44,033 nt of DNA from a virus (lineage: Duplodnaviria; Caudoviricetes), in IMG/VR virus record IMGVR_UViG_3300037851_000268, positions 1 to 44,033 of that record. The stretch is one strand, 5' to 3'. Positions 1-9,037 of the stretch are shown in pieces. The translations under genes were made by a program, and so were the position numbers. The notes beneath the pieces were generated by a model. The model saw only the letters and a program-made list of their open reading frames with translations, made no database searches and was not told the origin of the DNA. How positions within the stretch are numbered: the stretch's first letter is position 1; each line of letters opens with the position of its first letter.

Positions 1-220
1 GACTTCTTCTGGCTCACGGGCTAGTCCTCCAACTGAATGGGCACGCCGCTGCGGTAGTGCTTCAGCGTCTTGGTGATGTCGCCGTCGGTCAGACCCCGGT
101 CGTGGAGCACCTTGGCGAAGGGGGCCGCGAGCGTCGAGGCCGCGCCCGGCGCACGGCCACCGGCCCGCTCGGTGAACACGGGCGGCTCGTCCTGCGGCTG
201 CGCCGTCCGCTGCGCCGGCT
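1..220. repeat. Terminal direct repeat, copy 1 (circular overlap with 43814-44033)
   Basis: Identical to 43814-44033 except A93 vs C43906 (synonymous Gly codon in the scaffold gene). Confidence 0.95.
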
Positions 221-965
221 GCGCGCTGCGCGACCCGAGCGTCACGAGGCCCGCCGCGACGGCGAGCACGAGGGTGCCGACGTTCTCCTGCAACAGCATC
301 TCGGGCGGCAGTGCCGAGGCGACCTGGAGTGTGCGCTCGGCCGGCACGCCCTGCGTCTCGCCGAAGGCGGCCAACTGCTGCACGTAGCTCGCAGCCTGCT
401 GCTGCGCGAGCGACTGCTGCACGGGCGCGACGTGCTGCTGCACGACCTGCTCGGCGGCATAGCGCGCGGCGGCCTGCGCCTCGGCCCGCTGGCGCGTGAG
501 CACCCGGCCGGCGGTCTTCAGGTCCAACTGCCCGCGCGTGTCGTAGAGGCCCATGTCCTGCGCGAACTCCGCGAGCACCTGCGCCGGGAACTGCATCTCC
601 GGCTCGCCCTGCGGCGGCGCAGGCGCGCGGCCCGTCTGCTGCTGCGTGATCTGCGCGAGGATGTCCGGGTTGGTCAGCACCGCTTCGAGCAGGGGTTCGG
701 CGGCCTTCATCCGCTGCTCGTATTCGGCGAGCTTCTGCTGCGCCTCACGGCGATACTGCCGCTCCGCGCGCAACTCGTCCACCAGGCGCACCGGCTTGGC
801 GGGTTCCGGCTCCGGTGTCTCGGCGTCGGCTGGCGTGTCAGGCGCGGCAGGGATGAGCGCGGTGCCCTCGTCGGCTGGCGGCGCGGCCTGCGCGGGCGTC
901 TTGTCGGTCGCGGGTGCCGGCGCGTCGTCGTGGAGGACGATGCCCTGGCCTTGCGTGAGGTCCAT
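21..965 (-). CDS. Capsid scaffolding protein
   Basis: Acidic/Pro-rich N-terminus, coiled coil (DELRAERQYRREAQQKLAEYEQRMK), lies between portal and capsid genes. Confidence 0.7.
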   Translation of the reverse strand: MDLTQGQGIVLHDDAPAPATDKTPAQAAPPADEGTALIPAAPDTPADAETPEPEPAKPVRLVDELRAERQYRREAQQKLAEYEQRMKAAEPLLEAVLTNPDILAQITQQQTGRAPAPPQGEPEMQFPAQVLAEFAQDMGLYDTRGQLDLKTAGRVLTRQRAEAQAAARYAAEQVVQQHVAPVQQSLAQQQAASYVQQLAAFGETQGVPAERTLQVASALPPEMLLQENVGTLVLAVAAGLVTLGSRSAQPAQRTAQPQDEPPVFTERAGGRAPGAASTLAAPFAKVLHDRGLTDGDITKTLKHYRSGVPIQLED

Positions 966-986
966 GCGTGCGGCTCCTATATCGGT

Positions 987-1262
987 TTACGGTTCGACGA
1001 CGGCGTCGAGGTCGGCCTCGCGGATGAGCAGGTGCGGGTGCCCGTCCACGTCCACGGGCTGACCCGCCAGGCGTCCGAAGACCACGAACTGGCCGGCGCA
1101 CACCTCGCGCACGGCCGCGCCGACCAGGCGCACCTTGCCGAGCATGTCGGCCCGGTCGGACGCGTCGAGCGTCACCAGGCCGCTCGCGCGCACCCGCTCG
1201 GTGCGCGGCGGCAGCGCCACGAGCACGAGGTCCGGGCGCAGGCGCAGGGCGTCGGTCGTCAC
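987..1262 (-). CDS. groES: GroES/Cpn10-like co-chaperonin
   Basis: LRLRPDLVLV...ASGLV...GKVRLVG...V.AGQFVVF...G..VDVDG..HLLIREADLDAVVE follows the Cpn10 pattern. Confidence 0.85.
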   Translation of the reverse strand: MTTDALRLRPDLVLVALPPRTERVRASGLVTLDASDRADMLGKVRLVGAAVREVCAGQFVVFGRLAGQPVDVDGHPHLLIREADLDAVVEP

Positions 1263-1597
1263 CGGCCCCTCGCGTAGGGGTTCGCGCCCTCGCCGTAGGG
1301 GTCAGGGGTCCGCAGCGCGAGGGTCTGCACCCGCTCGCGCGGCCACGCGGCCAGGGCGCGCACGGCGCGGCGCTGCGCGGTCAGCGCGGTCACGCGCTCG
1401 TGCGATTCCGCTTCGGTGCGCGCGCCGCCCACCGACGCCTCGATGCGGTCCGCGTAGGCGCGCGGTCCCCACATGTCCTCGACGTGCGCCTCGAAGAGCG
1501 CCCAGCCGGGCGAGGTCACCAGGGCGTCGAGGGCCTCGCGCTCGGCCTCTGCCTCGGGCGAGAGCGCTGACACGATCTTCGGGTCCAGGGTGCGCAT
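1259..1597 (-). CDS. Hypothetical head-cluster protein
   Basis: Helical 112-aa ORF coupled to portal and GroES; L..SPGW..F motif often seen directly after portals. Confidence 0.7.
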   Translation of the reverse strand: MRTLDPKIVSALSPEAEAEREALDALVTSPGWALFEAHVEDMWGPRAYADRIEASVGGARTEAESHERVTALTAQRRAVRALAAWPRERVQTLALRTPDPYGEGANPYARGR

Positions 1598-1600
1598 GAG

Positions 1601-3697
1601 CTACTCCATCTCGGCTGGCCCGCCCATGCGCACGAGCGCATCGAGCACCTGCGGCGGGATGTGGGACAACTCGGGCGGGACCGGTGATGCGCCACCCGGT
1701 CCCCCTCCACCGACCGGGGCGGTCGGCGGCCCAGGAGGCGGTCCCGGCGGCGGCATCATCGGCCCGCCCATCATGCCCGGCGCCGGCCCGCCCGGTCCCG
1801 TCAGCATCGACGGGTCCAGACCGGGCGGCATCGGGGGCTGCAACGCCTGTTGCTCCGCCATCTGCTTCAGCGGGTCGAGGAACACCTGCTTGTCGGTGAC
1901 GCGGAAGAGGCGCAGGGCGTGCTCCATCAGCGACTGCATCGTGCGCGGGTTCGCGATCAGCTGTTGGAGCGGCGGGAACATCTGCGCGAACCCGCCCAGC
2001 GTCTGCATGAACTGGTTGAAGTCGCTGCGCATCTTGTGCGTGTCGGCCGTCTCGACGCTCCCGTGCGGCTTGCCGCGGAAGGTGCCCTCCAGCGACTCGG
2101 CCGTGATGCGGTTCTCGTCCAGGTTCACCCCTCGGAACCCGAGCGACTGCTTGAACGCGTCGGTGACCTCCAGGCCGGCGGGGTCACTGTGAAGCGCGCG
2201 CTTCCACAACTCGTGGCGCAGCTTCCAGAGGTCTTCGAGGGCCTCTTGCAGGTTGCGGAGGGACTCTTCCATGCGCACGAAGCTCTGCTCGGTCACCATC
2301 TGGACCTCGCCGAGCGTGCGCGCCTCCTCGGTGCCGGCGCCGGTCGCCACGTCGTTCAGCCCGCTCATGCGCTCGGCGGCCGAGATGATGCCCTGCTCGC
2401 GGTAGATCATCGACTGCGGCACGTCGGGCACCGACACCGGCTCGATCTCGTGGTGGTCGCGCACGTCGATGACCTGGCGCGGCCCCCACGGTTGCTCCTG
2501 CGGGTCCCAGAGCGCACCCTGCACGCGCTTCACGGGCGCGTTGGTGACCATCGTCGAGCGGTCGGCGATCATGTTGCGCACACTCGCGTGCTCTTCGGCG
2601 AGCGAGGCCATCGACTGCACGAACGAGTAGCCGTAGACGCTCGTCGGGTGCGGGATAGGCCGGCCCAGCACGTAGCGCGGCAGGTTCAGGTCGTGCCGCT
2701 GGAGCCGGAGCAGGGTGCGCGAGTCGGGATGCACCGTCGCGACATACCACTCCTCCAGGCCGTCCTCGTCGAGGTCGTGGAGCAGCAGCACCTCCCAGAG
2801 CACCTTCTCGGCCGTGCGCCCGAGTTGCGGCGCGACCTGCTGGCCGTCGTGCGTGGTGCGCGCGTCCATGAGTTCCTGCTCGGTGCCGACCGCATCGACG
2901 TGGCGGTAGACGCCCTGCTGCTCGCGCGCGAGGAGTTCCGGCATCCGCAGCGTGAACCGCTTCGCGTAGCCCCAGAGGTCGTCGTCGCACCGCGCGTGGC
3001 CGGGCAACAGCAGGAAGTCGCGCAGCGAGATGAGCGAGTAACTCGGCCCCTTCCGCACGGGCGCGATGCGCTCGACGAGGATGTCGGCCTGCGGCTGGTC
3101 TGGGTCGGCCGGCTCCACGAACTCGCCGTGGTCATCGACCTCGGGCATCACGCGCCCGCGTGGGTCCAGGAGCGCGCGCCGCATCCCGTCCTCGCCTTCG
3201 ACGGTCTGAATCGCGAGCGTGCGCGCCTCCTGCACCTTGCGCTTCTCGACCTTCTCGTAGACCTCCAGCACCCCCGTGCCTTCGATGAGCGCGAGATGGA
3301 TCCAGCGACTCAGCACCGACTGGAGCCGCTCGTCCTCCACCTTCCATTGGTGAAATTCCTCAACGAGCGGGGCCTTCGAGGCACTCACGCCCCAGCCCTC
3401 GACGGTCCACACCGGCTCGGTGAAGATGGTCTTCACCAGGCGCGCGCGCAGCGCCGAGAGCTTCTCGAACACGAGATACGAGTTCAGGTCGGCCGCGCCC
3501 GGCCACGGCAGGTCGCGCGAGAGCCGACGGCCCTGCTCGTAGAGCCAGTGGTAGTAGTCGATGAGGCCGCCCTCGCCGATGAGGCTCGACCGCGCGCTCT
3601 CGGCGTGCGTGATCTCATCACAGAGCCAGTGCGCGAACGTGCGCTCGGCCTCGGGCTCGAGGCGCACCTCGAACGGGTCGCGTGCCTTCCGCGCCAT
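1601..3697 (-). CDS. Portal protein (P22-like) with Pro/Gly-rich tail
   Basis: 698 aa after TerL; WPGAADL, YGYSF, ERMSGL...G...RTLGEVQ motifs typical of podoviral portals. Confidence 0.88.
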   Translation of the reverse strand: MARKARDPFEVRLEPEAERTFAHWLCDEITHAESARSSLIGEGGLIDYYHWLYEQGRRLSRDLPWPGAADLNSYLVFEKLSALRARLVKTIFTEPVWTVEGWGVSASKAPLVEEFHQWKVEDERLQSVLSRWIHLALIEGTGVLEVYEKVEKRKVQEARTLAIQTVEGEDGMRRALLDPRGRVMPEVDDHGEFVEPADPDQPQADILVERIAPVRKGPSYSLISLRDFLLLPGHARCDDDLWGYAKRFTLRMPELLAREQQGVYRHVDAVGTEQELMDARTTHDGQQVAPQLGRTAEKVLWEVLLLHDLDEDGLEEWYVATVHPDSRTLLRLQRHDLNLPRYVLGRPIPHPTSVYGYSFVQSMASLAEEHASVRNMIADRSTMVTNAPVKRVQGALWDPQEQPWGPRQVIDVRDHHEIEPVSVPDVPQSMIYREQGIISAAERMSGLNDVATGAGTEEARTLGEVQMVTEQSFVRMEESLRNLQEALEDLWKLRHELWKRALHSDPAGLEVTDAFKQSLGFRGVNLDENRITAESLEGTFRGKPHGSVETADTHKMRSDFNQFMQTLGGFAQMFPPLQQLIANPRTMQSLMEHALRLFRVTDKQVFLDPLKQMAEQQALQPPMPPGLDPSMLTGPGGPAPGMMGGPMMPPPGPPPGPPTAPVGGGGPGGASPVPPELSHIPPQVLDALVRMGGPAEME

Positions 3698-3700
3698 GGG

Positions 3701-3787
3701 CTACCGTCCCTTCGGCTTGGGGCGCGAGCCACCCTTCTTCGGGGGACGCGGCTGGTGGATGGGCGGGCAGGTGCCGGTGGTCTGCAT
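3701..3787 (-). CDS. Short basic peptide (MQTTGTCPPIHQPRPPKKGGSRPKPKGR)
   Basis: Fills the gap between flanking genes; AAGGA upstream. Confidence 0.4.
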   Translation of the reverse strand: MQTTGTCPPIHQPRPPKKGGSRPKPKGR

Positions 3788-3789
3788 GG

Positions 3790-4005
3790 CTAGTCCTTCG
3801 TGAGCGCGATGATGTCGAGGGCGTCGAGGTCCGCGACGATCTGTTCCAGCTCCGGGTCAGCGACGATGGCGTCCCGCACCGCGCGCAGGTTGGTGAGGCG
3901 CGTGTTCAGGCGCGCGACCTCCGCGTCGCGGTCGGCGTTCACGCGGTCCTTGTCGGCCTGCACGCGGTCGATCTGCGCCCGGACCTCGTCGAGGTAGATC
4001 CCCAT
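3790..4005 (-). CDS. Small coiled-coil protein (MGIYLDEVRAQ...)
   Basis: ATG overlaps TerL stop (TGATG), GGAGG RBS. Confidence 0.7.
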   Translation of the reverse strand: MGIYLDEVRAQIDRVQADKDRVNADRDAEVARLNTRLTNLRAVRDAIVADPELEQIVADLDALDIIALTKD

Positions 4006-5576
4006 CAGTAGCCTCCTCGGCTCCGCCCGAACGACTGCCGCCACCGTCGCGTGTCCTCGGGGTCGTAGTCCTTCTGCGCGCGCGCGAGGGCCTGGCGTTC
4101 GAGCTTCTGCATGTCCACCTTCGACGGCTGCGCCGGCCCGAACGAGAGCGCGGCATACTCCAGCGTGTTCATCGAGTGGTCGTAGTAGCCGTCCTTGCGC
4201 GGTCGGCGCGTGTTCGGCGAGGTCGTCGTCGCGACGCTGCGCTCGTCCCACACGTAGCCCGCCTCCAAGCCGTCGGCGCAGAACAGCGTTTTCGTCGCGC
4301 CGCTCGCATCGACGACCAGCCACCGCGCGTTGTCGACGCCGAACGACTGGCCGCCTCGGATGCTCGCGCGCCGCATGTAGCCGGCGAGCACCTGGATGGC
4401 GTAGTTGCGCTTCTCGGGATGGTTCGCGCCCGGCACGAGGCGCAGCGCGATGTCCTGCTCCTGCAGCACGCGCTCGGCGTTCAGCTTCGTGCCCTGCGAG
4501 TTCTCGCTCGCGCCGGCCGGGTCGCCCGTCGACCACACGGTGAGCGCGTGGGGGAACCACTGCGCGCGGAGGCCGACGACCGCGGGCGCGAAGTCCTCGA
4601 TGTAGAGGTCGGTGCCCATGACGCCCCCGAGCACGCGCCACTCGCCCCACGGCAGCACCTGGTGCCACGTCACGCACGGGTGCCGGTGGCCGAAATCCCA
4701 CGACTCCAAGAGCGGCACCTCGGGGTCGAGCGCGAGCGGGCGCTCGTGGACCTTGCGCGAGAAGTAACCCTGGTAGACGGGCGACCCGACGACCGCGAGA
4801 CCGCGTCGGCCGTCGATGAAGCGCGAGCGCAGCGCGGTGCCCTCGGGATACGCCTCCTCCAGGCTGCGGATGTAGGCCTCGCCGAGCACCTCACGGTTGT
4901 CGTAGACCGTCGTGCGGATGTAGAGCCGGCCGGGCCGCGAGTTGTCGATCGGGAACTCCTGGGCGATCCAGTGGTCGAGGCCCGGCGGGTTCGGCGTCAG
5001 CAGGAGTTGGTGCGGGTAGTCAGGGTGCGAGAGGCGCGCGGGCACGTAGGCGCGATACACGTCCTCGGGCACTTCCTCCGGCTGGTCGATCGCGAGGATG
5101 GCGAGCGTGAGGCCGGCGAGCTTGCCGTAGCGCGCCGTGCCCTCGCTCGCCTTCAGCGCGCGCAGGTAGACCATCGAGCCGTTGTCGAGTTGGTCGAACT
5201 GCTCGTCGGCGTTCCACGTCAGGTTCGTGCCGTGCAGCCGGCACACCTCGCGCCAGCGCGGCTTGAGCTGCGCGTCGAGGCCGTCCTGCGTCCATCGCGT
5301 GATCGCGATGGGGATGCCGGGGTAGCGCAGGGCGTAGTCGTGGATCTTCGAGACGAGCGGCGTGGTCTTCCCCGCGCGCACCGCGCCCTCGAAATCCACG
5401 TAGGCCGCGACCTCCGGCGTGGCCAGCATGAAGCGCGACTGCGCCTCGTTCCAGTGCCTGGCGAGGATGCGCTTCCCGTTTTCGATGCGCTCGGTCAGCA
5501 CGTCGATGGCTCCACGGGTGCGCAGCGGCAGTGCCTCGGGCACTTCCCGCACGCCTGGCAGTGCTGGTCGAGCCAC
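4005..5576 (-). CDS. terL: Terminase large subunit (true start may be GTG at 5501)
   Basis: Walker A GAVRAGKTT, Walker B LAIDQPEE, TPNP motif, TTVYDN, nuclease motifs WDFG, GDPAG, DHSMNTLEY. Confidence 0.92.
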   Translation of the reverse strand: MARPALPGVREVPEALPLRTRGAIDVLTERIENGKRILARHWNEAQSRFMLATPEVAAYVDFEGAVRAGKTTPLVSKIHDYALRYPGIPIAITRWTQDGLDAQLKPRWREVCRLHGTNLTWNADEQFDQLDNGSMVYLRALKASEGTARYGKLAGLTLAILAIDQPEEVPEDVYRAYVPARLSHPDYPHQLLLTPNPPGLDHWIAQEFPIDNSRPGRLYIRTTVYDNREVLGEAYIRSLEEAYPEGTALRSRFIDGRRGLAVVGSPVYQGYFSRKVHERPLALDPEVPLLESWDFGHRHPCVTWHQVLPWGEWRVLGGVMGTDLYIEDFAPAVVGLRAQWFPHALTVWSTGDPAGASENSQGTKLNAERVLQEQDIALRLVPGANHPEKRNYAIQVLAGYMRRASIRGGQSFGVDNARWLVVDASGATKTLFCADGLEAGYVWDERSVATTTSPNTRRPRKDGYYDHSMNTLEYAALSFGPAQPSKVDMQKLERQALARAQKDYDPEDTRRWRQSFGRSRGGY

Positions 5577-5725
5577 ACCTCGGTCCGCATCCCGTGCGGC
5601 TCACGACAGCACGACGGGCGCATCCGTGACGGCGTCTCGTAGGGCGCGCCGCAACACTGGCAGCGCAGCCGGCACGGCTCCGGCTTCCACGCCGGCCGCT
5701 CGCCGAGTACGTCTTCGACGGGCAT
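5495..5725 (-). CDS. Cys-rich zinc-binding small protein
   Basis: Several CxxC/CC motifs; coupled to neighbours by overlapping start/stop. Confidence 0.55.
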   Translation of the reverse strand: MPVEDVLGERPAWKPEPCRLRCQCCGAPYETPSRMRPSCCREPHGMRTEVWLDQHCQACGKCPRHCRCAPVEPSTC

Positions 5726-5997
5726 CAGCCGTAGACCCGCTTGGTGCCGCACACGTCGCACGTCGCTTCACTGTCCCGTGTCATGTGGTGCGGCGTGTAG
5801 TGCAGCGCACGCGCGCGGTCGACCGCGTCGAGGCCCACCGTGAGCGGGACGACTCGTTCGTCGCTTCGTCGCAGCGTGCGGTGTCGCAGCCTCGCGAACG
5901 CGGCATCCACCTCGTGGACCGAGGGCGAGAGGTTGCATGGCCCCTCGCAGATGAGCGTATACGGACGCTCGGCGTCGAACGACGGTACGTGATGCAT
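5725..5997 (-). CDS. Hypothetical Zn-ribbon protein (MHHVPSFD...CDVCG)
   Basis: GGAGG RBS; CEGPC and CDVC motifs. Confidence 0.6.
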   Translation of the reverse strand: MHHVPSFDAERPYTLICEGPCNLSPSVHEVDAAFARLRHRTLRRSDERVVPLTVGLDAVDRARALHYTPHHMTRDSEATCDVCGTKRVYG

Positions 5998-6011
5998 CGA
6001 GTCCTCCAGTG

Positions 6012-7355
6012 TTAGCGGAACGAGCGCGCCCACGCTTCGAGCGCGGCGACGCGGGCGTCGAGGTCCGTCGCGGGCGGCTGCGGCGGTTCGGTCGGCGGTT
6101 CGGTCGGCGGGTGCGGGAGCGCGACCGGCACGTAGGCGCGCCACTTGGCCGGGTCGGTCATGCCGGTCGGCGTGGTGCGCGTCCACTGCGCTTTCGCGGC
6201 CCCCTCGGCATCGCCGAGCACGTCCCAGGTCTCGCCCGTGCGGCGCATGACGCAGTCGAGCGAGTAGCCGGTGTAGTTGGTGCCGCTCGTCTTCGCGAGC
6301 AGGCCGAAGTTCGCCGGCAGGCCGAGCGCCGTCTCCCGCTGGTTGCAGAGGTAGACCGTGCGGTTCGTAATGCGCCAGCCGCGCTCGTCGCCGGGCGGTA
6401 GCGTGTCATGTTCGGCGCGGGCCTGGCGCACGAGGTCGAGGTGGTTCGGCTGTTCGGGCATGGTCGGAGGCTCCGGGGTCGAGACACGGTCGAGGCGCAC
6501 GCGCGGGGCGGTCAGGGTGAGGTCGCGCACGCGCAGCGAGGTCGGCCCCTCACCAGGCGTGGCGCACCACGCGACGCGCACCACGTCTTCAGTGAGGCAT
6601 ACGGCGTCGGGGCTGTAGTAGGCGCCGCCCTCGTGGACGACGTAGCCGGTGGTCGAGTCCCATGGGTGGAGCACGAGGCGGCGATGCTCGACGCCAGCGT
6701 CGATCCAGACGTGCTGCGCGACAAGCCACCAGGTGGTGCGCCTCCACCCGCGCGCGAGCACCGGCACGGGCGCGTAGGGCACCACGCCCTCGACCACGAC
6801 GGGCGGGGCAGGGTCGCCGTCGTGGTCGGCGCGCACGGCCCCAGCCTGCGTCCAGACGAGCATGGAGCCGACCAGGCGCACGCCGCTCGCGCGGCACTCG
6901 GGCACCGCGCGGACGTCCGAGTCGTCGGTGAGGTCGCGCAGGATGGCTCCGAGGCCCGTGCTGCGGTCCGGGCAATACGCCAGGACGCCGTCGCTCGACA
7001 CGTCGAGGAGGCCGGCCTCCGCGCGCGCGAACCCGCTGGAGCAGAACAGGCCGGTCGAGTTCCACGCCGCCCATGCGCCGTGGCCCGCGCGCAGCTCGTT
7101 CGCGCCCGTGCCGGCGACGAACTCGACGAGCGACCCGTCTGTCAGACACGACTCCAGGTGGTAGTTCGACCCGGTACTGTTGCGCCGCTGGTAGAGCACC
7201 CGGTCGTCGGTCAGCCAGCACGTCCCGCCGCCGGCGCCGAGGACGGTCGCCGCCACCTCGAAGGCGGGGGCGAGGCCGGCCTGCAGCGAGGCGGCGACCG
7301 AGACCTGCCCGTCCCCAACCCCGAGCGCCGCGCGCCCGTCGCGAGTGAGCCTCAC
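6012..7355 (-). CDS. Hypothetical two-domain protein (beta-rich N-terminus, PEPP linkers, C-terminal GLLAK...DVLGD domain)
   Basis: Long ORF with GC3-rich codons; GTG overlaps upstream stop. Confidence 0.7.
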   Translation of the reverse strand: MRLTRDGRAALGVGDGQVSVAASLQAGLAPAFEVAATVLGAGGGTCWLTDDRVLYQRRNSTGSNYHLESCLTDGSLVEFVAGTGANELRAGHGAWAAWNSTGLFCSSGFARAEAGLLDVSSDGVLAYCPDRSTGLGAILRDLTDDSDVRAVPECRASGVRLVGSMLVWTQAGAVRADHDGDPAPPVVVEGVVPYAPVPVLARGWRRTTWWLVAQHVWIDAGVEHRRLVLHPWDSTTGYVVHEGGAYYSPDAVCLTEDVVRVAWCATPGEGPTSLRVRDLTLTAPRVRLDRVSTPEPPTMPEQPNHLDLVRQARAEHDTLPPGDERGWRITNRTVYLCNQRETALGLPANFGLLAKTSGTNYTGYSLDCVMRRTGETWDVLGDAEGAAKAQWTRTTPTGMTDPAKWRAYVPVALPHPPTEPPTEPPQPPATDLDARVAALEAWARSFR

Positions 7356-7474
7356 GCGAGCAGGCCTCGGTGCGCGAGCACCCACTCGACGAGCGCGGAG
7401 CCGACCGCGCACGCGGCCAGCACGCCGACGAGGCCGACGACGACGATCAGCATGAGGCGCACGAGCAGGGGCAT
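7352..7474 (-). CDS. Small membrane protein or possible lipoprotein (MPLLVRLMLIVVVGLVGVLAAC...)
   Basis: 40 aa hydrophobic ORF with LAAC lipobox-like motif, abutting TerS. Confidence 0.5.
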   Translation of the reverse strand: MPLLVRLMLIVVVGLVGVLAACAVGSALVEWVLAHRGLLA

Positions 7475-7475
7475 G

Positions 7476-7850
7476 TCACGAGGCTTTCGACGACTCGACG
7501 ATGCCGTGGTAGTGATTCTCGATCACCACGGGCATCAGCGCGTGACCGTCGGCATCCTCGGTGCTCTGCGGAGCCTTGCCAAAGCGGCGGTCCGAGAGCC
7601 ACTGGAGTGCCGCGATGATGTCAGCGGCGCGCCAGCGGGGCGCGCGAGGGAACATGCGCGCGGTCGCGGCATGGTCGCCGAAGGCGATGGTGACGTAGGC
7701 CTCGATGAGCTTGCGTCCGTCCTTGCTCCCCAGCTCATGGTCGATGCGCGCGGCGAGAGCCATGCGTCCGCCAGGGTTGCCCGACTGGCCCGGCTTGAAT
7801 GGGCGACCGGGCACCTTGCGTGCTGTGGGCATGGTGGGCTGAGCACTCAT
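7476..7850 (-). CDS. terS: Terminase small subunit (DUF5681-type N-terminus)
   Basis: GRPFKPGQSGNPGGR and ALQWLSDRRFGKAPQ motifs; upstream of TerL. Confidence 0.75.
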   Translation of the reverse strand: MSAQPTMPTARKVPGRPFKPGQSGNPGGRMALAARIDHELGSKDGRKLIEAYVTIAFGDHAATARMFPRAPRWRAADIIAALQWLSDRRFGKAPQSTEDADGHALMPVVIENHYHGIVESSKAS

Positions 7851-7993
7851 CCTCGACCTCGCGTGCGGGCGGCGGCCATGGCGGCCGGCGTATCGACGAT
7901 GACGATGAAGAACGTGCGGCCGGTATCCACGAGTGAGGCCTCGAACGCGAGTGGCTCGGGCGACGTGTCGGGTGGGAGCGGGCGGCGACTCAT
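7847..7993 (-). CDS. Small hypothetical protein
   Basis: 48-aa ORF whose stop overlaps the TerS start (ATGA). Confidence 0.4.
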   Translation of the reverse strand: MSRRPLPPDTSPEPLAFEASLVDTGRTFFIVIVDTPAAMAAARTRGRG

Positions 7994-8007
7994 CCCGTGC
8001 GAGCCGT

Positions 8008-8036
8008 AGAGTGCCCTGAGCGGGCGGCGGAGTCAA
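8008..8036 (-). promoter_or_regulatory. Putative leftward promoter for the packaging genes
   Basis: TTGACT-17 bp-CACTCT. Confidence 0.4.
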
Positions 8037-8135
8037 GCGCACGGCGTGATGTCGGGCGAGATGCGAGCTGCGGGGGGGCCTCCGCCAGGCACTTTCGCTT
8101 TTTCTTCAAAAATCTTGGGGGGGGTCGTTTTTCGC

Positions 8136-8164
8136 TTGACGTAACCTAACTGCTGGGATATTAT
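8136..8164 (+). promoter_or_regulatory. Sigma70-type promoter P1 with AT-rich upstream tract
   Basis: TTGACG-17 bp-TATTAT preceded by T/A tracts 8093-8132. Confidence 0.75.
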
Positions 8165-8226
8165 CCTCTCAGTGGGTGGCGATTGGACGCCCCCACACAC
8201 AAACCAGAGAAGAGAGGAGAGACACC

Positions 8227-8556
8227 ATGACCCCCCTGACCGCCACCGCCACCGCCGTCGACCTCGACGTACTCGGTGTCATCGACGGCGACCTCGTCGT
8301 CCCCCACGACGGGGTCACCGAGTGGGCCGACTGCGCCGAGTGCGGCGCGCATCTCGACCCGACCGCGCCAGGCGCGCCGGCCGAGTGGGACGGCGGCTGC
8401 TACTGCTGCGGCGCACCGCCCGACCGGGTCGGCCTGCGCCGGAGCGCGGTCAGCGCCGTGATGGCGGCCCTCGGCCGGCGCACCAGCCCGGCAAAGGCAG
8501 CGGCGAGCGCCGCCAACGGGCGGAAGGGCGGTCGCCCGCGCAAGACACTCGCCTAA
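8227..8556 (+). CDS. Zn-finger protein with C-terminal SPAKAAA..ANG..GGRPRK basic motif
   Basis: AGGAG RBS, CAEC and CYCC motifs, AT-hook-like GRPR. Confidence 0.75.
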   Translation: MTPLTATATAVDLDVLGVIDGDLVVPHDGVTEWADCAECGAHLDPTAPGAPAEWDGGCYCCGAPPDRVGLRRSAVSAVMAALGRRTSPAKAAASAANGRKGGRPRKTLA

Positions 8557-8572
8557 GTCACCATCCCACTCC

Positions 8573-8608
8573 CGCCTCGGGGCCGCGTGCTCACCAGGCC
8601 CCGAGGCG
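8573..8608. terminator. Hairpin between convergent genes (probable bidirectional terminator)
   Basis: 12-bp perfect stem CGCCTCGGGGCC/GGCCCCGAGGCG; no clear U tract. Confidence 0.55.
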
Positions 8609-8794
8609 TCAGCGTGAGCCGACCTGCGAGACGTGGTCGCAGAGGTCGAGGTAGTTGTCGAGGGCTTCGAGCGCCCGCTCGCGTCCGCAGCCGCAGAGGC
8701 CGGGCCGCCTTGTGTCGGCGGCGTGTCTGCGCGCGTTGCCAGGCGTCGGAGCCTCGGCTCAGTTGTGGCGTGTCGGACATCGCTGGCAGTGCCG

Positions 8795-9037
8795 TCAAGG
8801 TCGAGGGCAGGGCACCGGAGCCGACGACAGGAGATTCCCCGCATCGTCGCGTAGTTCCACGGCCGCCGCAGGAGCCGCACGGCGCAGGGCCGCGAGGATA
8901 GCTCGTGCATGGTCCAGGCCCAGCACAATGCCCACGGTCGTTCGATCCGTCCGCTCAGCCTCGTGGAGCGCGGAGGCGAACTGGTCGACGAACTGTGCCA
9001 GTGCCCACTGACGTGCCTCCTGCACGATGTCGGTCAT
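8795..9037 (-). CDS. Hypothetical protein ([16 protein letters not shown]...)
   Basis: GGAG RBS, helical ORF. Confidence 0.6.
   Translation of the reverse strand: MTDIVQEARQWALAQFVDQFASALHEAERTDRTTVGIVLGLDHARAILAALRRAAPAAAVELRDDAGNLLSSAPVPCPRP

Noticed and set aside
57-5642. Long plus-strand ORFs (57-1277, 1850-3793, 4176-5642) and similar ones elsewhere
   Set aside because: Shadow frames of high-GC minus-strand genes, with no recognisable motifs
8072-8124. Poly-G runs near P1 as phase-variation tracts
   Set aside because: Only 7-8 nt, outside the promoter spacer, and expected at this GC content
8553-8798. 81-aa minus-strand ORF
   Set aside because: Arg/Pro-rich and runs through the terminator; a more protein-like alternative frame lacks a start, so no call was made
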